A DNA stretch of 64,000 nt, taken from contig CAWJCS010000003.1 in assembly GCA_963841435.1 (NCBI GenBank), forward strand, positions 800,001 through 864,000, read 5' to 3'. Of this stretch, positions 30,214 to 41,830 are shown in pieces (within the stretch, counting starts at the first letter, position 1; each line of letters starts with the position of its first letter). Both the position numbers and the translations under genes were made by a program. Origin of the DNA: an uncultured delta proteobacterium. Lineage in GTDB: Bacteria; Myxococcota_A; Polyangia; Polyangiales; Polyangiaceae. The notes under the pieces are model-generated. The model did not search any database and was not told the DNA's origin. It saw nothing but the letters and a program-made list of their open reading frames with translations.

Positions 30214-31505
30214 GACGACCTCGGCGGCGGCTCGGACAGCGTGTCGGACTCGGGGTAGTCGGACGCCGACGGCCGGCTCGCGTCGGACATCGACAGCGGC
30301 GCGGGCTCGGTGGCCTCCTCGGCGTGGATCTCACCCGCGCGATCGAGCGAGCGCTGCAGCATGGCCGGGCCCACGAGCTCGCCGAACAGCACGCCGGCCG
30401 CCGCGAGCGCGAGCACCGTGGAGGCAGCGTGGCCGGGCGCACGCACGACCAAGGTAAAGGCAAGCGCCAGGGACATGGCGCCCGTCGACGTCATGGAAAG
30501 CCCGATGCTGGGCCCCACGGCGCGCGCCTCGGGCAAGATGGCGACGAGCAGCACCCCGCGCACGAGCTCGGCGGCGAGCCGGGCCCCGAGCGCCACCGTG
30601 ACCAGGAGCCACAGCTTGGGCACGGAAGCAAAATCGACGCACGCGCCCGCGACGAGCACCACGGGCAGGAGCACGGGCTTTTCGGTGGGCTGAACCATCA
30701 GCTTGAGGTCGAGACGATGCGGCGACACGACGGCGAGCGTCAGGCCCATCACGAACAGCGTCGCCACGGCGGCGAGCCCCAGGCGGGTCGCGACGCCGGC
30801 CGCGAGCAACGACGTACCGAGCAAGATGCCCCAGCTCTCGTCCCGCCGAAACTCGCGCCCGAGCAGCACGGCTGCCACGAGCCCCACGACGACGCCGACG
30901 CCGAGCCCGCCGCCGAAACGAGCGAGCGGCGTGAAGGCCATGAGCGGCGCATCGGGCGCCAGCGCAAACAGGCCGCCGAGGCCGAGGATGGGCACGAGCG
31001 CGCTCGCTCGAGCCATGTCGGCGAGCCAGTCCGAAACGCGGCCGCGCGCGCCGTGCCGCTCGGCGACCCAGCGCACCGTGTGGCGCGTCGTTTCGGAGCC
31101 CACGAGGCCCGCACCGAGCGCGACCTCGACCCGGTCGGCGGGCTCGAACAGACCGAGCGCTCGAAGCGCGAGAAAGAGCGCCCCCGCGACCGAGGCCGCG
31201 ACGATGCTGGCGCTCACGACGCCGGCGACCGCCCGCCCGATCTTGACCCTGCGCCGCCCGACGAGCAGGTAGCCGAGCCCGAGCACGAACGCGAGCCAAG
31301 CCGCCGCGCACACGAAGATGGGCTCGAAGGCGTGCACCATCGAGCGCGGCAAGAGGCCGAGGCCGTGCGGTCCGACGGCGACGCCGAGCACGAGGTACTC
31401 CGCACCCGACGGCAGACCGAAGCCGCGAATGGTGCGCCCCCCGACGAGCATGCTGCCGATGTAGGCGACGACCAGCAAACCGAGCAGAACGGCGACGCCG
31501 CTCAC
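30210..31505 (-). CDS. Divergent cation:proton antiporter-fold membrane protein
   Basis: SGAEYLVLGVAVGPHGLG, EKPV, multi-TM; GTG 31505 overlaps upstream stop and own stop overlaps next start. Confidence 0.7.
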   Translation of the reverse strand: MSGVAVLLGLLVVAYIGSMLVGGRTIRGFGLPSGAEYLVLGVAVGPHGLGLLPRSMVHAFEPIFVCAAAWLAFVLGLGYLLVGRRRVKIGRAVAGVVSASIVAASVAGALFLALRALGLFEPADRVEVALGAGLVGSETTRHTVRWVAERHGARGRVSDWLADMARASALVPILGLGGLFALAPDAPLMAFTPLARFGGGLGVGVVVGLVAAVLLGREFRRDESWGILLGTSLLAAGVATRLGLAAVATLFVMGLTLAVVSPHRLDLKLMVQPTEKPVLLPVVLVAGACVDFASVPKLWLLVTVALGARLAAELVRGVLLVAILPEARAVGPSIGLSMTSTGAMSLALAFTLVVRAPGHAASTVLALAAAGVLFGELVGPAMLQRSLDRAGEIHAEEATEPAPLSMSDASRPSASDYPESDTLSEPPPRSS

Positions 31506-33371
31506 GACCCACCCTCGCCCAGGCGACCGAGAGCGATGTTGCCGCGCTCGAGCGCCACGCACAGCGCGAGGGTGAGCGCCGAACGAGCATCGCGCGCCTC
31601 CGAGTGGAGGCGCACTCGGAAGGCGGCGCCGTCGCGATCGACGCGCAAGAGCTCCACGGCGGCGTCGTGGCCCTGCTCGCGCGCCACGCGAAGCAACAGG
31701 TCGCGCACGTCGCTGAGCCGCGCCCCGGGTGCGACGGCCAGCTCGGTCGTGACGACGCCGCGCAAGCCGACGACGCGCATGGGCTGGTAGAGCGCGTACA
31801 GGTGCGGCACGCGGATCTCGGCGCCGTCAGCGGTCTCGAGCCGCAGGTCGAGCAAGCCGATGCGCGCGATGCGACCCGCGTAGGGTCCGACCTCGACGTG
31901 TTGGCCCGGCCGGAGTCGGCGGCCGAACAGCACGATCGACCCGAGCACGGCGGTCGCGAAGGCGGGTGTCGCGGCGAGCCCGAGCGAGACCAGGATGATC
32001 GCGCCGACGCGGGACAGCGCGCCTTCCTGGCTTCCAGTCACGAGCGGCGCGAGGAACACGAGCGCTGCAAGCACCACGCCGACGCGGACGAGCGCGCTCG
32101 TCGGCGCCGCCAGGTCGGCCGACAGCCAAGTCACCGTCGTCTCGCGGCGTTCGACGCTGCCGAGAAACAGCCCGATGAAGCGCACGAGCACGAACACCGC
32201 GAACCCCGCGACGATGAGCACGACGAGCACGGGGAGCCCCGTGGCAAGCCGTGTCATGAGCTGCGACAGCGGCGTGAGCACGAACCCGGTGAGGCGTTCG
32301 GTGTAGCCGCGCGTCGCGTCGAACAGCGACATCACGACGACGAGCCAGGCGTAGATGGTGCCGAGCTGCGCCAGCCACTTCGCAACGCTCAGGCCGACGA
32401 GCGCCGTGCTCTTCACCGTGGCGGGGCTCACGACCTCAATCTCGCGCACGCGCACCGCAAGCACGCGCTCCCCATGGGCATCGAGGAACACGCGGGCTCG
32501 CTCGGCGAACTCGCCAATCTTTCTCACGAGGTAAAAGACGATGAGCGCGAGGAAGACGAGCAGCGAGATCGAGAACACCGTCTTCGCGAGCGCCTCACGC
32601 CGGCGCTCGGAGTCGATGGCCTCGCGCACCGCCGCGGCGGCGGACGCCGCGTGCAGGTCGAGCGAGGCGTCACCGGCTGCCTGGGCGTCGTCGGCGTCGA
32701 GCTGCACGATGGGCGCCACTCCGACGAAGAGGATGGCAAGCTCCCCCTTGCGCTCGACGTGCACGTCGCCGCCCTTGGCCTCGCGGGCGGCGGCCGTGAG
32801 CGCGCGGGTCGCGTCCTGAGCGCGCTGCAGAGCCGTCTTGCCACCACGCGCGACACGGATCGAGAAGACCTCGTCGTCGCCGAGCAGAACGGGAGACCCG
32901 GCGACCGCGGCGGTCGCCGACGCGACGGGCGCCACGGCGCCGCCCGGTGACCCTTCGGGAAGGGTGGCCGAGACCGACGCCGACGGCGGGGGCTGGGCGC
33001 TCGCCGCGGCCTCGCCGCTCGGTGCCGGCTCCGTGCTCGCGGCGGGCTCGGCGCTCGCCACGGCTTCGCCGCTGTCCGTCGGCCGCTCGGCGCTCGCCGC
33101 AGCCTCGGCGCTCGGCCGGGGTCCGGCATCCGGTGCGCCGCCGAGCGTCGTCGGTGCCGCGCGAGCCGGGACTGCACGCGCGGACGACGCCGTGACGCTC
33201 GCCGTGGGCGCGCGCTTCACGGAAGCTGGCGTGCTGGTCGCGGTGGCGCTCGGAGCGCTGGAGGGCCCTGGGCTCGTCGGGGGCGCCTGGGCGCGTGCGA
33301 CCGTCACCCACGCCGACGAAGCCAGCACGGCGAGGACGGCTGCCGCGCGAAGCCAGCGGAAATGGGCTCAC
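31502..33371 (-). CDS. MscS-family mechanosensitive channel with long Ala/Pro/Ser-rich periplasmic N-terminus; probable 1-bp indel just after the start
   Basis: LRPGQHVEVG.YAGRI..IGL..IRVP MscS beta domain; signal-like HFRWLRAAAVLAVLASSAWVTVARA is in frame with the body but one base out of frame with GTG 33371. Confidence 0.8.
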
Positions 33372-33465
33372 GACGAGGACTCTAGAGGTCCTCCGAGGCG
33401 TCGCGCCACAGGGAACTCCGCACCCGTCGAAACCAGCCCCGCGGGCGAGCGTCCCACGCCCGGAC

Positions 33466-34668
33466 TCAGTCGGGCTCGATGCGGACGACCGTCCCGGCCC
33501 CCACGTCGCTAAAGTAGAGCTTGTCGTCCGGGCCCCAGCTGAGCGCCGTCAGGCGATCGGGGCCGGTGCCGGTGTCGAGGGTTCGGAGCAGGCTCCGGGT
33601 CTCGAGATCGTAGGCGGCGATGCGGCCGTCCGCGCGGTCGGCGACGAACAGCACGGTGCCCTGCAACGCAAGGCCGCTCGGCTCCGTGACGACACCCGGC
33701 GGAACGGCATCGAACGTCCGCGCACCCGTCATCAGGGAGTGCGTGACGATCGGGTCGTAGGCGATGACCTCACCGCCGGGCGCCCCCGTGCTCGTGTCGA
33801 GCGCGAGCACGCGGCCGTGGCCCGGATCGGCCGCGTAGAGGAGGCGCGACAGAGCGTCGTAAACGAGATGGCTCGGCACCTCGGGCACACGCAGAAGCAG
33901 CCCGTCGGCGTAGCGCCAGAGCTCGCCGTCGGAATGGTCCTCCCCGCCCGGTTCGTGCGGCGCGTGAAAATCGTAGCGATCGAGCGAGCCAGCATCACCA
34001 TTGAACACCCAAAAGACGTTGTCGACCTCGTGCGCGATGCCCATGCAGTAGGGCGAGTCGTGCAGCATGTCGATGTGCGTGCCGTTGGCTCCGGGCGGCG
34101 GTGGTTGGGCGAAAATCGTGGGGTCCGAGGTCCACAGCACGGGGCCGTTGTACGGAACGGCCTCGTCCTCGTAGTTCCCGGTGCGGGCCTCGCCGCACGT
34201 CGCGAACAGCTCCTCCGCGCCCCAGGCGATCGACGTGGGGCGACGCATGAAGTGCCATGCGTTCGCGTCCTTCTCGATGACGACGGCGGGGTCGCCTCCG
34301 GTCGCGCCATCGACGATGGCGACGCGCCCCTCGAGCCAGGCGCAGGGCCCCTGCCCCGTGTTGCAGGTCCGATCGACGTACCCCTCGCGCAACGTGACCC
34401 AGAGCTCGTCCGCCGTGGCACCGCTCCACGCTAGGCCCGTCGTCTCGAGCCGGATGCCCTGGAAGTCGGCGGGCTCGTAGACCGTGACGAAACCAACGGA
34501 CTCCGCGGAGCCGTCGCCATGGCCGATGGCCGCCGCCGTGGCCAGCGCCTGCGTGGAGGGACCGGGCGAGTCGCCAGCGCTCCCGCTCTTGACGGGGTCG
34601 GAGCCGCAGGCGACGAGAGCCCAGACGAGCGCCGCGAAAGCCACGCGGACGAGCGGTGAGGGCGCCAT
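33466..34668 (-). CDS. Lipoprotein, NHL/beta-propeller-like, function unknown
   Basis: Lipobox LVAC; blades PTSIAWG, PSHLVYD..LYAAD, PSGLAL..LFVAD, LSWGPD.KLYFSD. Confidence 0.75.
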   Translation of the reverse strand: MAPSPLVRVAFAALVWALVACGSDPVKSGSAGDSPGPSTQALATAAAIGHGDGSAESVGFVTVYEPADFQGIRLETTGLAWSGATADELWVTLREGYVDRTCNTGQGPCAWLEGRVAIVDGATGGDPAVVIEKDANAWHFMRRPTSIAWGAEELFATCGEARTGNYEDEAVPYNGPVLWTSDPTIFAQPPPPGANGTHIDMLHDSPYCMGIAHEVDNVFWVFNGDAGSLDRYDFHAPHEPGGEDHSDGELWRYADGLLLRVPEVPSHLVYDALSRLLYAADPGHGRVLALDTSTGAPGGEVIAYDPIVTHSLMTGARTFDAVPPGVVTEPSGLALQGTVLFVADRADGRIAAYDLETRSLLRTLDTGTGPDRLTALSWGPDDKLYFSDVGAGTVVRIEPD

Positions 34669-34773
34669 CACCCCGGTTTTCCCACGAAGTCGCGCGTCTC
34701 TCAAATCGACCGCGGGCGACCCCCACGCGCGGGCGCCGATTTCATCGCCCAAGTGGTGCTAATAAGGCGAGCC

Positions 34774-36018
34774 GTGACGAAGACCGACTACCCCGATCGC
34801 ATCGTGATTCACGTCGCCGGAGCGGATCGCCCCGGTGTCACGGCGCGCCTGACGGAAGTGATGGCCGAGGAGAACGCGGATCTGATCGACATCGGTCAGT
34901 CCGTGCTCCACGGCTACTTGATGCTGTCCGCGATCCTCGACGTGCCGACAACGTCGAGCGCTTTCCGGAAAATTCTGTTCGCTGCGGCAGACCTCGGGCT
35001 GCGCTTCGAGGTCAGCCCCTACCGCGGCGTGGCGGGCGACCCCCTCCAATCCGCGGCGTCGCTCGCCATCACCGTGCTCGGACCGCTGAACGACGGCACG
35101 GCCACCGCGCGCATCACGCGCTTCATGGCGGATCGCAACATGAACATCCGCGAGATCCGCTCGCTCAGCGAGACCGAGCTCACGGGGCTCGAGCTCATCG
35201 TCGATCTGCCGCCCGGCGCGCGCGCGACGGGGGCGGAGCTCGCGCTCTTGCGCGGCGGGCTGCTCGGGCTCGGCATGGAGCTCGGCGTCAACCTCGCCGT
35301 GCAGAAGGACGACATCTTCCGCCGCAACAAGCGTCTCGTGTGCATGGACGTCGACTCGACCTTCGTGAAGGGCGAGCTCATCGACGAGCTGGCGTCGCTC
35401 GTCGGCGTCAAGGAGCAGGTGGCGGGCATCACGGCGCGGGCCATGCGCGGCGAGATCGATTTCCGGCAGGCGCTCGCCGAGCGCGTGAAGTTGCTCGCGG
35501 GGCTGCCGTTCGAGCGCGCCAAGGCCCTCGCCGATCGCTCGGAGCTCACGCCCGGCGCCGACCGCTTCGTCCGCATCTTGAAGGCGCTCGGCTACCGCGT
35601 GGGGCTCGTGAGCGGTGGCTTCAGCTTCTTCGTCGACGACCTCAAGGAGCGCTTTGGTCTCGATTTCGCGATTTCGAACGAGCTCGAAGTGCAGGATGAA
35701 AAGCTCACGGGCCGCGTGCAAGGCACGGTGGTCGACAGCGAGCGCAAGGCTCAAGTGCTCCGCGACATGGCGCAGGCCTACCATATGAAGCTCGGCCACA
35801 CGGTGGCCGTCGGCGACGGCGCCAACGACGTGCTCATGCTGCAGACGGCGGGACTGGGCATCGCGTTCCGCGCCAAACCCAAGCTCCAGGAGGTGGCGCA
35901 CATGAGCCTCAACCATCACGACCGGCTCGACACGCTACTTTACCTCATGGGCTACAACGCCCGCGATCTGCGCGAGGTCGAGACCGAGGCGCAGGGAGCC
36001 GCGTCCGCGAAAGCGTAG
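34774..36018 (+). CDS. serB: Phosphoserine phosphatase SerB with two ACT domains
   Basis: GADRPGV ACT, HAD motif MDVDST, AMRGEIDF..L.ERV, VSGGF, AVGDGAND..AGLGIAF.AKP. Confidence 0.95.
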   Translation: MTKTDYPDRIVIHVAGADRPGVTARLTEVMAEENADLIDIGQSVLHGYLMLSAILDVPTTSSAFRKILFAAADLGLRFEVSPYRGVAGDPLQSAASLAITVLGPLNDGTATARITRFMADRNMNIREIRSLSETELTGLELIVDLPPGARATGAELALLRGGLLGLGMELGVNLAVQKDDIFRRNKRLVCMDVDSTFVKGELIDELASLVGVKEQVAGITARAMRGEIDFRQALAERVKLLAGLPFERAKALADRSELTPGADRFVRILKALGYRVGLVSGGFSFFVDDLKERFGLDFAISNELEVQDEKLTGRVQGTVVDSERKAQVLRDMAQAYHMKLGHTVAVGDGANDVLMLQTAGLGIAFRAKPKLQEVAHMSLNHHDRLDTLLYLMGYNARDLREVETEAQGAASAKA

Positions 36019-36043
36019 CTCCGAGCCGGCGCCGGGCGCGCGC

Positions 36044-36703
36044 TCAACGCTTGCGGGCGAGCAAGAGCCCGTCGCCGATCGGGACGAGCGTCGCCGAAAC
36101 GCGGGGGTCAGTGCTGACGCGCTCGTTCAGCGCGCGAATCGCTAGCGTCAACGGCGAGGTTTCGGCGGGGTTTGCCACGCGGCCGCCCCAGAGCGTGTTG
36201 TCGAAAGCCAGGACGCCGCCCTGCCGCACGAGGGCAAGTCCCCGCTCGTAGTACTCGAGGATGGCCTCTTTGTCGGCGTCGAAAAAGGCTAGGTCGAAGG
36301 CGGGCTCGCGCGCGGCCAGCAACGCGTCGAGCGTCGCGACGCCCGGACCGAGCCTGAGGCTCACCTTGTCGAGCACACCCGCTTCCTCCCAGTAGCGCCG
36401 GGCGATCAACGTCCACTGCTCGCTCCTGTCACAGGCGACGACGCGGCCGTCCGCGGGCATCGCCATCGCGACCGATAGCGAGCTGTAGCCCGTGAACACC
36501 CCGACCTCGAGGTAGCGCCGGACGCCCATGAGCTCGACGAGGAAGGCCATGAAGCGGCCCTGCTCCGGCGAAATCTGCATGCCGCCCTCGGGCAGCGCCG
36601 CCGTCTCCTCGCGCAGTCGCGAGAACATCGGCGGCTCGCGCACCGTCACGTCGAGCAGGTAGCGCCAGAGGTCCTCACTCAGCCCTATCGTGCGCGCAGA
36701 CAT
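36044..36703 (-). CDS. SAM-dependent O-methyltransferase (caffeoyl-CoA OMT-like)
   Basis: MQISPEQG, LEVGVFTGYSSL, FFDADK, DNTLWGG, PIGDGL. Confidence 0.93.
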   Translation of the reverse strand: MSARTIGLSEDLWRYLLDVTVREPPMFSRLREETAALPEGGMQISPEQGRFMAFLVELMGVRRYLEVGVFTGYSSLSVAMAMPADGRVVACDRSEQWTLIARRYWEEAGVLDKVSLRLGPGVATLDALLAAREPAFDLAFFDADKEAILEYYERGLALVRQGGVLAFDNTLWGGRVANPAETSPLTLAIRALNERVSTDPRVSATLVPIGDGLLLARKR

Positions 36704-36721
36704 GCGGGTTCGGGGTGGGCT

Positions 36722-36994
36722 TTAGTGGTCGTGGGGAACGAACTCGGGGGGCGCGGCGGAGCCCTCACCGAAGAAGTACTTCTCGCACTCGCCCATCCAC
36801 AGGCGCTGACCGCTCTCGCTCGTGAGATCCAGGCGGTACTCGTTGATGAGCATCTTGGAGTGCTCGAGCCATTGCCGCCACGCTTCGGCAGACACCTGGG
36901 CGAAGATCCTTTCGCCGAGATCACCCTTGAAGGGTGCACGCTCGAGCCCCTCGGCTTGACGACCCAGCTTCACGCAATCGACGAGTTTTGCCAT
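36722..36994 (-). CDS. yggX: Oxidative damage protection / Fe(II)-trafficking protein YggX
   Basis: VDCVKLG..AEGL..G.RIF..VS.EAW..W..MLINEYRL. Confidence 0.93.
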   Translation of the reverse strand: MAKLVDCVKLGRQAEGLERAPFKGDLGERIFAQVSAEAWRQWLEHSKMLINEYRLDLTSESGQRLWMGECEKYFFGEGSAAPPEFVPHDH

Positions 36995-37067
36995 CGATGG
37001 CGACTTCTTTCAGCGGCGCACGCCCGCGTCAAGCGGGGGCGCCTCGAGGTGAACGACCGGAACCACC

Positions 37068-37259
37068 TCAGGCGGGGTTCGCGGGCTTCTTCTCGTCCTT
37101 CTTGTCCTTGTTCTCCGTCTTGCTCTTGTCGCTCTGCTTCGCGTCCTTGTCGCCCTTGGAGTGGCCGTCGCAAAGCGGCACCACGGAGGCGAACGAGGGC
37201 GCCGCGAAGGCGAGACCGGCGGCCAGGAGAGACAGACGAACCAGCTTCGGAGTGGTCAT
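37068..37259 (-). CDS. Small secreted Lys/Asp-rich protein
   Basis: Signal peptide MTTPKLVRLSLLAAGLAFAAPSFA then CDGHSKGDKDAKQSDKSKTENKDKKDEKK. Confidence 0.6.
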   Translation of the reverse strand: MTTPKLVRLSLLAAGLAFAAPSFASVVPLCDGHSKGDKDAKQSDKSKTENKDKKDEKKPANPA

Positions 37260-37312
37260 GGCCGAGAGCTTTGGACCGACACCCGGCCGAGTCAAGGCCG
37301 GGGGGCAAACCC

Positions 37313-37960
37313 TCAGCGACTGGCGACCCGAGCCCCCGCGGCGGCGGCCTCGGGACCGTTCATGGCGGCCGGCGCCTCGAGGTAGGGCTGTTCGACGCGC
37401 AGGACCCAGCGTTCCCTCCCCCGGTAGAACTCGCCCGAAAGGACCTTCTCGCGCCGCGCGCGCGCGAGCAGCACCGCGCGCACGATCTGAGCACGCGAGA
37501 GCGCAGGCTGGCCGAGCGCCCGCGTCAGCACGTCCCCGTCTCGAAGACCGACGCCCAGCGCCGAAACACCATGGAGCTCGAGCCCCGGAGGCCGCGCTCC
37601 GTCTTGCCCCACGGGGACGCCGCGCAGCCGCTGGCGCGTGCTGGCGATGCGCAGCACGGCGTCGGCCGAAACGAACACGGCGGGTGTGACCTTGCGCGCC
37701 TTGCCCTTGCGAGCGGGCTCGGCCGGGGGAGGCGCCGCATCGACGGTGCCGAGCACCGGGGACGCGACGGGAAGGGCGTCGAGCTCGGCACCGGCGTCCG
37801 CGTCCGGCGGGTCCTGAGCGAGCAGCGACGCGACGCCCGACAGCAGGCTCCCGAGCGCGCCGCCGAGATGGTCAGCCAGGCGAGCCGAGCCGAATGCTCC
37901 GAGCGCGAGCACGAGCGGCAGGGGAAGGAGCGGCATCAGGCGGCGCACGTTCCCAAACAT
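37313..37960 (-). CDS. Membrane-anchored protein with C-terminal PDZ-like (GspC-like) domain
   Basis: N-terminal hydrophobic segment, Pro/Ala linker, GLELHGV..GLRDGDVLT..G..YRG. Confidence 0.55.
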   Translation of the reverse strand: MFGNVRRLMPLLPLPLVLALGAFGSARLADHLGGALGSLLSGVASLLAQDPPDADAGAELDALPVASPVLGTVDAAPPPAEPARKGKARKVTPAVFVSADAVLRIASTRQRLRGVPVGQDGARPPGLELHGVSALGVGLRDGDVLTRALGQPALSRAQIVRAVLLARARREKVLSGEFYRGRERWVLRVEQPYLEAPAAMNGPEAAAAGARVASR

Positions 37961-37981
37961 TATCACGACCTTGACCCGGGG

Positions 37982-38446
37982 TCAGCGGACGCGCCAATTG
38001 CCCTGGTAGGAGCGACCGATGTCGTCGAGCGTGATGTCGGTGACGATGAGCTCGGGACGCGCAGCCTGACAGAACACGATGGAATTTTGCCGGAAAACGC
38101 GACCAAACCCCACGGCCTCGTCGCGCGGAATGCCCTGCACGAACCACGCGGGCTCGCGGAACGGCCCATCGGGCTCTTCGTCGTAGCCGACGCACTGTTC
38201 GACGCGATAGCAGCCGAGCACCAAGAGATCGCGCAACACTTGTTGCCGCCCCTCGTTCACGCGCCGCGGCAGCGGCATGCTGCGCGGATTGTACGCGGTG
38301 ATGATCGCGAAATCCTGGCGCAGGATCGCGGGCAGCTTCTCGATGTCGTGCACGACCTCACCGTCGATCGAGACACGCACGACGCCGGACTCGAAGGGCA
38401 GCTCGTAGATGGTACCGAAGTAGGAGCGAAGCAGGTTCTGGTCCAC
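37982..38446 (-). CDS. DUF3293 domain protein
   Basis: AIITAYNP.S..N..EP..GRVFRQNSIV pattern. Confidence 0.75.
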   Translation of the reverse strand: MDQNLLRSYFGTIYELPFESGVVRVSIDGEVVHDIEKLPAILRQDFAIITAYNPRSMPLPRRVNEGRQQVLRDLLVLGCYRVEQCVGYDEEPDGPFREPAWFVQGIPRDEAVGFGRVFRQNSIVFCQAARPELIVTDITLDDIGRSYQGNWRVR

Positions 38447-38495
38447 GAGCCCGCCTTTTTAGCATGCTTTTTCGCAATGCAAGCAAGCTCGCGTG

Positions 38496-41402
<2,907 letters not shown>

Positions 41403-41427
41403 GGGGCCGCCCACGTAGCACCGAAGC

Positions 41428-41449
41428 ATACTGAACACAAGTTCAGTAT
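41428..41449. promoter_or_regulatory. LexA (SOS) box, Myxococcus type
   Basis: Perfect dyad ATACTGAAC-ACAA-GTTCAGTAT 25 bp upstream of uvrA; core CTGAAC-N4-GTTCAG. Confidence 0.8.
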
Positions 41450-41830
41450 CTAGCGGCGAGGCTCGCCGCGGAAACGGCGGGCCACGGGGTGAAAGGCGGG
41501 CTGCACGCGGCGGGCCCGGCTGAGCGAGAACGAGCCCTGCCCGACGCTCGAGTCGGTCCCCTACCCGCACGATACGGACGCGACGTGGATCTTGATGACG
41601 CTCTCCCGAGGACTGGCACTCGCTCTACGTCGTGCGGCTCGTGGCGGGGACGCCGAGCGGCTCGACGCAGCCGACGCTCGAGGTGGTGACGCGCCGAACG
41701 CGATCGGCCGATGAAGAAGACGGGTGCCTGGCGCCTGGCCTTTGCCTTGCGTCCTTTCGCCGAAAGCGAGCAGACTACCTGGTAGAGGCGGGTCGATGTC
41801 GCAGGGGCCGACCTCCGGAGCAAGGTAGCC

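Noticed and set aside
41736-41750. TGGCCTTTGCCTTGC as sigma54 promoter of cheBR
   Set aside because: Spacing fits but the -24 element is poor and there is no supporting activator site; too weak to list
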